From assembly GCF_004010195.1 (NCBI RefSeq), contig NC_057719.1:2822068-2882344 (forward strand): a stretch of 60,277 bases of DNA, given 5' to 3'. The position numbers were made by a program, and so were the translations under genes. The notes beneath the pieces are model-generated. The model saw only the letters and a program-made list of their open reading frames with translations, had not been told where the DNA came from and made no database searches. This DNA is from Chiloscyllium plagiosum. Taxonomy: Eukaryota. Shown in pieces: positions 13,546-25,943 of this stretch; position 1 is the stretch's first letter, and every line of letters starts with the position of its first letter.

Positions 13546-13764
13546 GAAAGTGAGGACTGTAGATGCTGGAGATCAGAGTAGAGAGCGTGGTGCTAGAAAA
13601 GCACAGCAGGTCAGGCAGCATCCGAGGAGCAGGAGGATCGACGTTTCGGGCATAAGCCTTTCATCAGGAATTGAATCAGCCCTGTTGAAGGGCTTATGCC
13701 CAAAATGTTGTTTCTCCTATTCCTCAGATGCTGCCTGACCTACTGTTTTTGCAGCACCACACTC
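13546..13764. mobile_element. PLE pseudo-LTR fold-back hairpin (older copy)
   Basis: Inverted arms at about 13583-13668 and 13681-13764, with a 12-nt spacer and several mismatches. Confidence 0.85.
13637..13670 (-). ncRNA. Minimal hammerhead ribozyme motif
   Basis: Reverse complement TTC-CTGATGA-A-AGGC-TTAT-GCCC-GAAA-CGTC-GAT, with one stem II mismatch. Confidence 0.75.
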
Positions 13765-14879
13765 GTACAAATATATAAATAGATTATGAAGAGATGGAGG
13801 AGCAACAGGTTGATTTTGGGAGATTTTAATTTTCCCAACACTGACTGGGACTCAGTTAGTGTTAGAGGTACAGGTGGAGCAAAATTTATAAGGAGCATCC
13901 AGGAGGGTTTTATAGAGCAGTATGTAAATAGTCCAAATTGGGAAGGAGCCAGTTTCAGTAGGGAATTGCTTTGGGAACCGTGATCACAATTCTGTAGGTT
14001 TTAGAATACTCATGGACAAAGACTAGAGTGATCCTGAAAGAAGAGTGCTAAACTGGGAAAAGGCCAACTATAGCAAAATTCGGCAGGAGGTGGGGGATGT
14101 GGATTAGGAGCAGCTGTTTGAGGTTAAATCCATATTTCATATGTGGGACGATTTTAGAGAGGTTGATTAGAGTGCAGGACAGGCATGTCCCTGTGAAAAT
14201 GAGGGATACAAATGGCAAGATTAGGGAACCATGAATGAAAGGTCAAATTGTGAGACTAGCTAAGAGGAAAAAGGAAGCATACATAAGGCCTAGGCGACTG
14301 AAAACAAACAAAATTTTGGAAGAATGGCGGGAATGTAGGACCAATCTGAAATGAGGAATTATGAGGGCTGAAATATCTTTAGCCTACAGGGTTAGGGAAA
14401 ATCCGAGAGCCTTTCATTTGTGTATAAGGAGCAAGAGAGTAACTAGAGAAAATGCTGGCTCACTCAAGGACAAAGGAGGAAGTTATGCATGAAGTTAGAG
14501 AAAATGGGTGAGATTCTTAATGAGTACTTAGCATCGGTATTCACCAAGGAGAGCAACATGATGGATGTTGAGGTTACGGATAGATGTTTGATTACTCTGG
14601 GTCAAGTCGGTAAAAGGAGGAAGTGTTGGGTATCTTAAAAGGTTTTAAGGTGCATAAGTCCTCAGGTCCAGGTGGGATCTATCCCAGGTTACTGAGGGAA
14701 GTGAGAGGAAATAGCTGGGCCTTAACAGATATCTTTGCAGCATTCTGGAACAAAGTTGAGGTCGGAGGACTGGAGAAGTGCTAACGTAGTCCCTGTTTAA
14801 GAAGGACAGCAAGGATATTCCAGGCAAATATAGACCGGTGAGCCTGACGTCAGTGTTAGGGAAGCTGCTGGAGAAGATA

Positions 14880-17251
14880 GTCATAGAGATGTACAGCATG
14901 GAAACAGACCCTTCGGCCCAACCCGTCCATGCCAACCAGATATCCCAACCCAATCTAGTCGCACCTGACAGCACCTGGCTCATATCCCTCCAAACCCTTC
15001 CTATTCATATATTCATCAAAATGCCTCTTAAATGTTGCAAATGTACCAGTCTCCACCACTTCTTCTGGCAGCTCATTCCATTCACACCACCCTCTGTGAA
15101 ACCTTGCCCCTTGGGTCTCTTTTATATCTTTCCCCTCTCACCCTAAACCTATGCCCTCTAGTTCTGGACTCCCCGACCCCAGGGAAAAGACTTTGCCTAT
15201 TTATCCTATCCATGCACTCATAATTTTGAAAACCCCTATAAGCCTCCGACACTCCAGGGAAAACAGCCCCAGCCTGTTCAGCCTCTCCCTATAGCTCAAA
15301 TCTTCCAACCCTGNNNNNNNNNNNNNNNNNNNNNNNNNNNNNNNNNNNNNNNNNNNNNNNNNNNNNNNNNNNNNNNNNNNNNNNNNNNNNNNNNNNNNNN
15401 NNNNNNNNNNNNNNNNNNNNNNNNNNNNNNNNNNNNNNNNNNNNNNNNNNNNNNNNNNNNNNNNNNNNNNNNNNNNNNNNNNTCGCTGTCCACTACACCT
15501 CCAATTTTGGTGTCATCTGCAAACTTACTAACTGCATCTCTTATGTTCACGTCCAAATCATTTATGTAAATGATGAAAAGTAGAGGACCCAGCACCGATC
15601 CTTGTGGCACTCCACTGGTCACAGGTCTCCAGTCTGAAAAACAACCCTCCAACACCGCCCTCTGCCTTTGAGCCAGTTCTGTATCCAAATGGCTAGTTCT
15701 CCCTGTATTCCATGAGATCTAAACTTGCTAATCAGTCTGCCATGGGGAACCTTGTCGAAAGCCTTACTGATTTCCATATAGATCACATCTACTGCTCTGC
15801 CCTCATCAATCTTCTTTGTTACTTCTTCAAAAAACTCAATCAAGTTTGTGAGATATGACTTCCCGTGCACAAAGCCATGTTGATTATTCCTAATCAATCC
15901 TTGCCTTTCCAAATAAATGTACATCCTGTCCCTCAGGATTCCCTCCAACAACTTGCCCACCACCGACGGCAGGCTCACCGGTATATAATTCCCTGGCTTG
16001 TCCTTATCACCTTTCTTAAACAGTGGCACATTTGCCAAACTCCAGTCTTTCAGCATCTTACCTGTGACTATCGACGATACAAATATCTCAGCAAGAGGCC
16101 CAGCAATCACTTCTCTAGCTTCCCACAGAATTCTCGGGTACACCTGATCAGGTCCTGGGGATTTATCCACCTTTACCCGTTTCAAGACATCCTGCACTTC
16201 CTCCTCTGTAATATGGACATTTTACAAGATGTCACCATCTATTTCCTTACATTCTACATCTTCCATATCCTTTTCCACAGTAATTACTGATGCAAAATAC
16301 TTATTTAGTATCTCCCCCATTTCCTGCAGCTCCACACAAAGGCCACCTAGCTAATCTTTGAGGGGCCCTATTCTCTCCCTAGTTACCCTTTTGTACTTAA
16401 TCTATTTGTAAAAACTCTTTGGATTCTCCTTAACTCTATTTGCCAAAGCTATCTCATGTCCCCCTTTTGCCCTCCTGATTTCCCTCTTAAGTATATTCCT
16501 ACTGCCTTTATACTCTTCTAAGGATTCACTCGATCGATCCTGTCTATACTTTATATATGCTTCCTTCTTTTTCTTAACCAAACCCTCAATTTCTTTCGTC
16601 ATCCAGCATTCCCTATATCTACCAGCCTTTCCTTGCACCCTGACAGGAATATACTTTTTCTGGATTCTCATTAACTCATTTCTGAAGGCTTCCCATTTTC
16701 CAACCGTCCCTTTACCTGCGAACATCTGCCCCCAATCAGCTTTTGAAAGTTCTTGCCTAATACCGTCAAAATTGGCCTTTCTCCAATTTAGAACTTCAAC
16801 TTTTAGATCTGGTCTATCCTTTTCCATCACTATTTTAAATCTAATAGTCCTACCTTGTCCCTGCCTGCCCTGACTGTTTGACTCACTTCTGTTCTCAAAT
16901 GTACTAGTCTCAGACTGATCTCTTTCCTCACTACCTCCCTGGGTCCCCCCCTCTCACCTTACTAGTTTAAATCCTCCCGAGCAGCTCTAGCAAATTTCCT
17001 TGCCAATATATTAGTCCCCATCCAATTTAGGTGCAATCCGTCCATCTTGTACAGGTCATTTCTACCCCAAAATAGATTCCAATAATCCAAAAACGTGAAT
17101 CCTTCTCCCAAACACCAGCTCGTTAGCCATGTATTCATCTGCTCTATCCTCCTATTCCTGCCCTCACTAGCTTGTAGCACTGGGAGTAATCCAGATATTA
17201 CTACTCTCAAGGACCTCCTTTTTAAATTTCTGCCTAACTCTCTGTAATCTT
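14880..17251 (-). mobile_element. CR1 LINE on the minus strand, internally deleted, spanning an assembly gap
   Basis: Minus ORFs: VVISGLLPV (ORF1), [39 protein letters not shown]. 3' tail at 14880. Confidence 0.92.
15314..15482. other. Assembly gap (169 N)
   Basis: Run of N in the sequence. Confidence 1.
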
Positions 17252-20200
17252 AATGAGGGATAGAATCTATTTACATTTGGAAGAAAATGGGCTGACCAGT
17301 GATTGGCAGCATGGTTTTGAGCAGGGAAGGTCACGTTTTCCCAACTTAATAGAATTCTGTGAGGAAATGACAAAGTTGATTGAGGGAAGGGCTGTAGATT
17401 TTATATACATGGACTTCCGTAAGGCGTTTGACAAGGTTCTCCATGGTAGGCTGATGGAAGAAAGTGAAGTGAAGTCACAAGGTGTCCAGGGTGTACTAGC
17501 TGGATAGATATAGAACTGGCTGTGCAGCAGGAGACAGTAGTCGTGGAATGGAGTTTCTCAAAATAGAGAACTGACCAGTGGTGTTCCACAGGGATCCATG
17601 CTGGGACCACTGTTGTTTGTGACAAACATAAATGATCTAGAGGAAGGTATAGGTGGTCTGATTAGCAAGTTTGTAGATGACACTAAGATTGGTGCAGTAA
17701 CAGATAGTGAAGGGGACTGGCAGAGAATGCAGCAGAATATGGATAGATAGATTGGAGAGTTGGGTGAAGTGACAGATGGGGTTCAATCCAGGCAATGCAT
17801 GAGGTAATGCATTTTTGAAGATCCAATTTTTGAGCAAACTATATGGTAAATAGAAAAGCCCTAGAGAAAATTGATGTACAGAGATCTGGGTGTTCAGGTC
17901 CATTTCCCCTCAAGGTTGCAATGCAGGTCGATAAGAGTAGTCAAGAAGGCATACAGCATGCTTTCCTGCATTGGAGTTGGCAGGTCATGTTACAATTGTG
18001 TATGACTTTGGTTCGGCCACATTTGTTATACTGCGTGCAATTCTCGTTGCCACATTACCAGAAGGATGTGGATGCTTTGGAGAGGGTGCAGAGGAGGTTC
18101 ACCAGGATGTTGCCTGGGATGGAGGGCGCTAGCTATGAAGAGAAGTTGAGTAGATTAGGGTTATTTTCATTAGAAAGATGGAGGTTGAGGGGGGGATCTG
18201 ATTGAAGTTTACAAAATCATGACAGGTACAGACAGGGTGGATAGCAAGAAGCATTTTTCCAGAGTGGGGGCCTCAATTACTAGAGTCATGAATTCAAGGT
18301 GAGGGGAAAGGTTTAAGGGACATATGCATGGAAAGCTCTTTACGCATAGGGTGGTGGGTACCTGGAATGTGTTGCCAGCGGAAGTGGTAGAGACAGGCAT
18401 GATATTATCACTCAAGATGTATCTAGACAGAAACAAGTTTGGATAGACAGCCTTGGAAAATAGGCGACAGGTTTAGATCGAGGATCTGGATCAGCGCAAG
18501 TTTGGAGGGCCGAAGGGTCTGTTCCTGTGCTGTAATTTTCTTTGTTCACTTTGTTGTCTGATAAAATGCAGGACTTCAAGGATAGTTATTTCTACACTAC
18601 TTCAGGAGCCATGTGTTAGTAAGAGTAGGAATAAGATTTGGTAGGTGAATATGTGGCTTCAGGTGGTGCATGAAGTCGGGATTCAGATTCTTGGATCACT
18701 GGGATCTCTTCTGGGGTAGTAGGTAACCTGTACAAGGACAGGTTGCACCTGAACTGGAGGGAGACTAATATCCTGGTGGGGAGATATGCGAGAGCCAATC
18801 AGGAAGGTTTAAACTAGTCTGGCAGGGGGTGGGATCCAAAGCAGTAGGGAGACAAAACAGAAGGTTGAGGATAGTAGAGAGGTTAATGAGAGTAAGGTAA
18901 GCAGTGAAGGCAATTATGGTAATCCTAGTACTGGACAAGGCAGGCAAGAGTTCTGCATGAAATAAGGGAAGTGTAGGTTAAACTGTATTTATTTCAATGC
19001 AAGAGGTATGACAGATATGGCAAATGAACTTGGGCATGGATGAATACACGGGACTAGGATAATATAGCTACTAGAGAAACATGGCTGAGGGAGAAACAAG
19101 ACTAGCAGCTCAATGTTCTGGGGTATATATGTTATAGGAAGGATAGAAGGGGACACAAGAGGAGGCGAGTTGTATTTTTGATTAGGAAAAGCATCACTGT
19201 AGTACTGAGAGGGGACATTCTTGAGAGTTTGTCCACTGCATTGTCTACCACATGGGTAGAACTGAGAAATAAAAAGGTGGAGATCACTTTGATAGCAATC
19301 TACTACAGCCCCCAACAGTCAGTACAAAATTGAGGAGCAAATATGTAAGGAAATTGCAGATAGCTGCTTGAAAAATACAGTTGTAATAGTATAGGATTTT
19401 AACTTTCCTAACATCAACTGAGACTGCCATAGTGTTAAGGGCTGAGATGGAGAGAAATTTGTTAAACGCTTTCCGGAAGAATTTCTCATGTAGTGTGTAG
19501 ATGGCCCTGCTATATACGGGGAAAAACATGACCTCCTGTTGGGAAACAAGACAGGGCAAGTGATAGAAGTGTTAGTGAGGGAGCACTTTGGGGTCAGTGA
19601 CCATAATTCCATTAGTTTTAAAAGAGCTATGGAAAAGTGATCGATAAGTTAAAGTTCTACATTGGCTAAAAAGCCAATTTTGATGGTCTTAGACAGGAAC
19701 TTTGAAAAGTTGACTAGCCAAGGCTACCTGCAGGCAAAGGGACATCTGGTAAGTGGAAGGCTTTCAAAAGTGAGTTAATGAGGGTTCAAAGTTAGTATGT
19801 TCCTGTTAGAATGAAGGGTAGGACAGGCAGAAGTAGGGAATCCTTGATGACTAGAATTATTGAAGCCTTAGTCAAGAAAAAGAAGGCGGCATATGACAAC
19901 GTATAACCACTTGGGTTCAAGTAGATTCCTTGAGGAGTATAGATGGTATTGGTATACACTTAAGAAAGAAATTAGGAAGGCTTAAAGTGAACATAAGATG
20001 CCTTTGGCAGATAAGGTAATAGACAATCCAAAAAGATGCCACAAGTACAAAAGCGAAGATCAGCAGGGTTGTCTATGTGTGGAGCTACAAGAGTAGGATA
20101 AGATCCTATATGAATGTTTCTTGTCAGTACTTACTGTTGAGAAAGGCATGGATGCTGGGGAACTTGAGGAAATAAATAGTGATGTCTTTTAAGAAAATCT

Positions 20201-21144
20201 ATTTTACAGAAGAGGAGTTGCTGGAAGTCTTAAAACATAAAGGTAGATAAATCCCCAGGACCTGAAGTGTATCCCAGGACTTTGTGGGAGACTAGGGAAG
20301 AAATTGCGAGCTGCTAGCGGAGATATTTTTATCGACAGCCATAACGAAGTGCCCAAACATTGGAGGGTGGCTAATGTTGTGCCACTATTTAAGAAAGGCT
20401 GCAAGGAAATGCTTGCGAACTACAGACCAATGAGACTAACATCTGTGGTGGGTAAGTTATTATAGGGAATTCTGAGAGGCAGGATCCAAGGGCATTTGGA
20501 GAGACAAGGAGATATTTTGGATAGCATGGCATTGTGTGTGAGAAATTATGTCTTAAAAATTTGATTGAAGTTTTTTGAAGTGGTGACTAAGAAAGTAGAT
20601 GTGGGCAGTGCAGTAGACATTATCTACATGGACATCAGCAGGGCTTTTGACAAGGTACCGCATGGTGGGTTGCTGTGTATGATTAAATTTCACAGGATCC
20701 AGGAAGAGCTAGCCAACTGGATACAGAATTGGCTTGAAAGTAGAAGCCAGAGGATAGTGAAAGGGTTGTTTTTCAAATTGGAGGCCCATGACCAGCGGTG
20801 TACCACAATGATTGGTAGAGTCCATATTTATTCATCATTTACGTAAATGATTTGGATGATAATTTAGGAGGAATGGTTGGTAAGTTTACGGATGACGCCA
20901 AAGTTGGTGGCATAGTTGATAGTGAAGATTATCTGGGAAAATGGCGAGATCTTGATAAACTGGGCTATTAGGATGAGAAATGGCAGATGGAGTTTAATTT
21001 AGAAAAATACAGGGTGTTGCATTTTGATAGGTCAAACCAAGATGTACACAGTCAATGGCAGGGCCCTGGGTATGTTATAGAATAAAGAGATCCAGGGGTA
21101 CAGGTTCACAGTTCCTTGAAATTGAAGTCACAGGTAGACAGGGT

Positions 21145-21320
21145 GATTTAGATTTAGATTATTTACAGTATGGAAACAGGCCCTTCGGCCCAACAAGTCC
21201 ACACCAACCCACCGAAGCGCAACCCACCCAGACCCATTCTCCTTCATCTAACGCTACGGGTGATTTAGCATGGCCAATTCACCTAACCTGCACATTTTTG
21301 GACTGTGGGAGGAAACCGGA
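21145..21320 (-). mobile_element. HE1-type V-SINE, 3' half
   Basis: Highly similar to the 3' part of the SINE at 43533-43825, with a CR1-derived tail. Confidence 0.85.
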
Positions 21321-21690
21321 TGAAGAAGACTTTCAGCATGCTTGCTTTCATTGGTCAGAGCACAGTATAGGAGTTGGGATGTCTTGTTGCTGCTGAACAA
21401 GATGTTGGTCTGGTCACATTTGGAGTACTGCATGCTGTTCTGATTGCTCTAGTATAGACAGGATATTAATAAATTGAAAGAGGGCAGTAAAGATTTACTA
21501 GGATGCTACCTGGACTGAAAGGTTCGAGTTAATAAGGACAGGCTGGGACTTTTCTCTGTGGATTGTAGGAGACTCAGAGGTGACCTAATAGAGGTCTATA
21601 AAATCATGAGAGGCACACGAGGTATGATTTGGAGATGCTGGCGTTGGACTGGGGTGTACAAAATTAAAAATCACACAACACCAGGTTATA

Positions 21691-22650
21691 GTTGTTGTGG
21701 TTCTGTTCGCCGAGCTGGGAATTTGTGTTGCAGACGTTTCGTCCCCTGTCTAGGTGACATCCTCAGTGCTTGGGAGCCTCCTGTGATGTTTCCTCCGACA
21801 TTTATAGTGGTTTGAATCTGTCGCTTCCGGTTGTCAGTTCCAGCTGTCCGTTGTAGTGGTTAGCTGTCTTCCTGTTTGTCCTGTGTAGTGTTTTGTGCAG
21901 TCCTTGCATGGGATTTTGTACACTACATTGGTTTTGCTCATGTTGGGTATGGGGTCCTTAATTCTGGTGAGTTGTCTGAGAGTGGCTGTTGGTTTGTGTG
22001 CTGTTATGAGTCCTATTGGTCGCAGTAGTCTGGTTGTCAGTTCGGAAATGCTCTTGATGTATGGTAGTGTGGCTAGTCCTTTGGGTTGCGGCATGTCCTC
22101 GTTCTGTTGTCTTTCCCTTAGGCATCTGTTGATGAAATTGCGCGGGTATCCGTTTTTGGCGAATACATTGTATAGGTGTTCTTCTTCCTCATTTTGCAGT
22201 TCTGGTGTACTGCAGTGTGTTGTGGCCCTTTTGAACGGCACACCCATGGGGTCACCCATCTCTGGACTCACAGCAGAAGCGGGAATGCAAAGATTAGAAC
22301 AAACAGTCTTACCACAAATTCAACCCAAACTCTGGGTCAGATATGTGGATGACACCTTTGTAATCATTAAAAACACAGAAATAGAGAACACACACCAGAT
22401 CATCAACGCCACACTCACAGGCATCTGATTCACTAGAGAGGAAGAAAATGACAACCAACTCCCATTCCTAGGCGTGATGGTACAGAGAACATCGAATGGA
22501 GAATTTACCACAAAGGTATACAGGAAAGCCCCACACAGACCAAGTCCTAAACTACAAAAGCAACCACCCCAACACACACAAAAGAAGTTGCAGCAAGACA
22601 CTATTCAAAAGGGCCACAACACACTGCAGTACACCAGAACTGCAAAATGA
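21691..22650 (-). mobile_element. Poseidon/Penelope-type PLE with an inverted 5' segment
   Basis: Minus 21691-22235 reads ATLPYIK..VVYKIPCKDC..YTGQTGR (GIY-YIG) plus pLTR. Plus 22234-22650 encodes RT GTPMGSPIS..RYVDDTF. Confidence 0.93.
21730..21769 (-). ncRNA. Minimal type-I hammerhead ribozyme motif
   Basis: Reverse complement GCA-CTGAGGA-T-GTCACC-TAGACA-GGGGAC-GAAA-CGTC-TGC. Confidence 0.85.
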
Positions 22651-22818
22651 ATTAGTAGCAAAAGTTTACAATGTGATGTAACTGAAATTATTATTGAAAA
22701 AGACCTGGATTGTTTAAGTCTGTTAGAATGACCATGTTGGCTTCAGTTCTTTCATAAGTAAATTGCAAAACCTTTTTAAAAGTTACATTCCCATGTGAAC
22801 TTTAACAATTGGTGTCAT

Positions 22819-23480
22819 AGAACATAGAAAAGTATAGCACAGAACAGGTCCTTTGGCCCACGATGTTGTGCCGAGATTTAATCCTAATATAAAATATAGT
22901 AACTTAACTTACGCAACTCTCAACTCACTGCTATCCATGTGCATGTCCTCCGGCAGTCGCTTAAATGTCCCCAATGACTCTGCTTCCACCACAGCTGGCA
23001 ATGCATTCCATGCATTCACTACTCTGTGTAAAGAACCTACCTCTGTCTCCTTTATACCTTTCTCCTAATATCTTCAAACTATGACGACTCATGCCAGTCA
23101 ATCCTGCCCTGGGGAAAAGTCTCTGGCTATTGACTCTACCTATTCCCCTCATTATTTTGTACACCTCTATCAGGTCTCCTCTCTCCCTCCTTCTCTCCAG
23201 AGAGAAGTCCAAACTTATTCAAACTTTCTTCACAAGGCAAGCCCTCCAAGTCCAGGCAGCATCCTGGTAAACTTTCTTTGCACCTTCTCCAAAGCCTCTA
23301 TATCTTTCCTATAGTAGGGCAACCAGAGCTGGACACAATATTCCAAGTGTGGTCTCACCAGGGACTTGTAGAGCTGCAGCAAAACCTCGCGGCTCCTAAA
23401 CGTGATCCCCGTTAATGAAAGCCAAAATACCATATGCTTTCTTAACAACCCTATCCACTTGAGTGGCAACTTTGAGGGAT
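22819..23480 (-). mobile_element. 5'-truncated CR1 in the left PLE arm
   Basis: FRSREVLLQLYKSLVRPHLEYCVQLW; tail TTCTATGTTCT. Confidence 0.92.
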
Positions 23481-23698
23481 GTAATTCTGCAAGTGCAGAT
23501 TCACCCTACAAACCTATATGCATATGTGTGCATGTGGGTGTGTGGGAGGGGGGTGCAGGAGGGAGGATGGCTATGGGTGTCTGAGAGTGTGTGTGTGTGT
23601 GTGAAGGGATGTAAGTCTGTGAAAGGGTGTGTGTGAGTGTTTGCGTGAGTGCATGAGGGTCTGTGTGAGTGTGTATGTGTAGGAGGTTGTGTGCGTAG

Positions 23699-23732
<34 letters not shown>

Positions 23733-24068
23733 TGCAATGGGGTCACCTCTCGTGTGACATGAACCCAAGATCCAGTTGAGGCCATCCTCATGGGAACCGA
23801 ACATTGTTATCAGCCTCTGCTTGGCCACTTTTCTTTGCTGTCTGTCCCAAAGTCCGCCTTCGAGGACGGTCACACGAAGGTCCGAGATCGAATGTCCCAG
23901 ACTGCTGAAGTGTTCTCTGACTGGGAGGGAACATACCTGTCTGTTGTTTGTTGGGTGGTGTCCATCCAGGACAGGCAACAACGAAAAGTGGCTGAGCAGA
24001 GGCTGATAGTCAAGTTCAATACCCATGAGGATAAACGCAACTGGGACCTTGGGTTCACGTCATACAGG

Positions 24069-24284
24069 AGAAAGTGAGGTCTGCAGATGCTGGAGATCAG
24101 AGATGGAAATGTGTTGCTGGAAAAGCGCAGCAGGTCAGGCAGCATCTAGGGAACAGGAGAATCGACGTTTCGGGCATTAGCCCTTCTTCAGGAACCTGAA
24201 GAAGGGCTAATGCCCGAAACGTCGATTCTCCTGTTCCCTAGATGCTGCCTGACCTGCTGCGCTTTTCCAGCAACACATTTCCAT
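24069..24284. mobile_element. 216-bp PLE-derived perfect hairpin mini-element with a 15-bp TSD
   Basis: Arms 24103-24192 and 24195-24284 are exact reverse complements with an AA loop. TSD TTCACGTCATACAGG at 24054-24068 and 24285-24299. Confidence 0.95.
24195..24226 (+). ncRNA. Hammerhead ribozyme core (mirror copy on the minus strand at 24161-24192)
   Basis: C-CTGAAGA-A-GGGC-TAAT-GCCC-GAAA-CGTC-GA. Stem I is short because the fold-back point truncates it. Confidence 0.8.
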
Positions 24285-24831
24285 TTCACGTCATACAGGT
24301 GACCCCATTGCACTATACACACAGAGACACTCCTACAGAAACACACACATACACACTCCCACACAGACTTATACCTTTACACTCACATACACTCTCTCAT
24401 AGACAGCCATAACACCCTTCTCTCATATGCTCACAAATACACACACACACCCTCTCACAGACTTATACCTTTACACTCTCTCACACTGTCTCATAGATAG
24501 CCATAACACCCCCCCACCAACACCCACATGCATGCATACATATAAGTTTGTGGGGTGAATCTGTACTTGCAGAATTACATTTTACTTTGCTCAAAAATTG
24601 CATGAATCCATGCAAGATTCTTTAAATCCGTTTTTTAGATTAGAATCAGTCTGACCACTGTGGCACAGAGGGAAGCTCATACAGGGAAGCTCACACCTTC
24701 AATACATTATCTAGGCCAACATGACACCAATTGTTAAAGTTCACTTAAGAATGTAACTTTTAAAAAGGTTGTGATTTACATATGAAAGAACTGAAACCAA
24801 CATGGTCATTCTAACAGATGAGAGACTTAAC

Positions 24832-25943
24832 TCATGTATAAAGTCAGGGGTATGGGATACAGGGAGATTTGGCTATCTGGATTCAGAAATGGTTGGCTAA
24901 CAGAAGGCAGAGAGTGGTTGTAGATGGAAAGTATCCTGGCTGGAGGTCAGTGTTGAGTGGGGTCCTACAGGGCTCTGGTCTTGGGCTTCTGCTCTTTGTA
25001 GTTTTTATAAATGACTTGGATGAGATTGAGGGGTGGATTAGTAAATTTGCAGATGACACAAGGGTGGGAGGTACCATTGATAGTATCAAGAGCAATTGCA
25101 GGCTGCAGCGCGACATAGATAGGATGCAAAGCTGGGCTGAGAAATGGCAGATAAGAGTTCAACATGGATAAATGCAGTGGAAGGTCAAACTTGAATGCTG
25201 AATATAGGATTAAAGACAGGATTCTTGGCAGTGTGGAGGAACAGAGGGATCTTGGTGTTCAAATACATAGATCCCTCAAAGTTTCCACCCAAGTGGATAG
25301 TGGTGTTAAGAAAGCATATGGTGTTTTGGCTTTCATTAACAGGGGGATCGAGTTTAAGAGCCGTGAGGTTTTGCTACAGCCCCACAAATCCCTGGTGAGA
25401 CCACACTTGGAATATTATGTCCAGTTCTGGTTGCCCTACTATAGGAAAGATACAGAGGCTTTGGAGAGGGTGCAAAAAAGGTTTACCAGGATGCTGCCTG
25501 GACTGGAGAACTTGTCTCATGAAAGAGAATGAATAAGCTCAGACTTTTCTCTCTGGAGAGATGGAGGGAGAGAGGTGACCTTATCGAGGTATACCAGGTA
25601 ATGAGCGGCATGGATGGAGTCAATAGCCAGAGACTTTTCCCCAGGGCAGGACCGACTGGCACGAGGGGTCACAGCTTTAAGATATTAGGAGAAAGGTATA
25701 GAGGGGACGTATAGGAAGGTTCTTTACGCAGAGAGTTGTGAATACATGGAATATGTTGCCAGCCATGGTGGTGGAAGCAGAGTCATTAGGGACATTTAAG
25801 CAATTGCTGGACATGCACATGAATAGCAGTGAATTGAGGGGTGCATAGGTTGTTATTTCATTTTACATTAGGATTAATCCTCGGCACAACATTGTGGGCC
25901 AAAGGGCCTGTTCTGTGCTGTATCTTTCTATTCTATTCTATTC
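24832..25943 (+). mobile_element. 5'-truncated CR1 in the right PLE arm
   Basis: SGVLQGSGLG, KFADDTR, FKSREVLLQPHKSLVRPHLEY; (TTCTA)n tail; possible TAAC duplication at the flanks. Confidence 0.92.

Larger units (their letters stand above)
13770..18555 (+). mobile_element. CR1 LINE ORF2 plus tail, interrupted at 14880-17251 by an antisense CR1
   Basis: ILGDFNFP ... SLTSVLGKLLEKI breaks and resumes as MRDRIYLHLEEN ... VRPHLLYCVQF. Same subfamily as 611-4570. Confidence 0.9.

Noticed and set aside
23585..23730. (TG)n microsatellite as an independent feature
   Set aside because: It is part of the PLE 3' tail and is mirrored by the CA-rich tract at 24315-24540.
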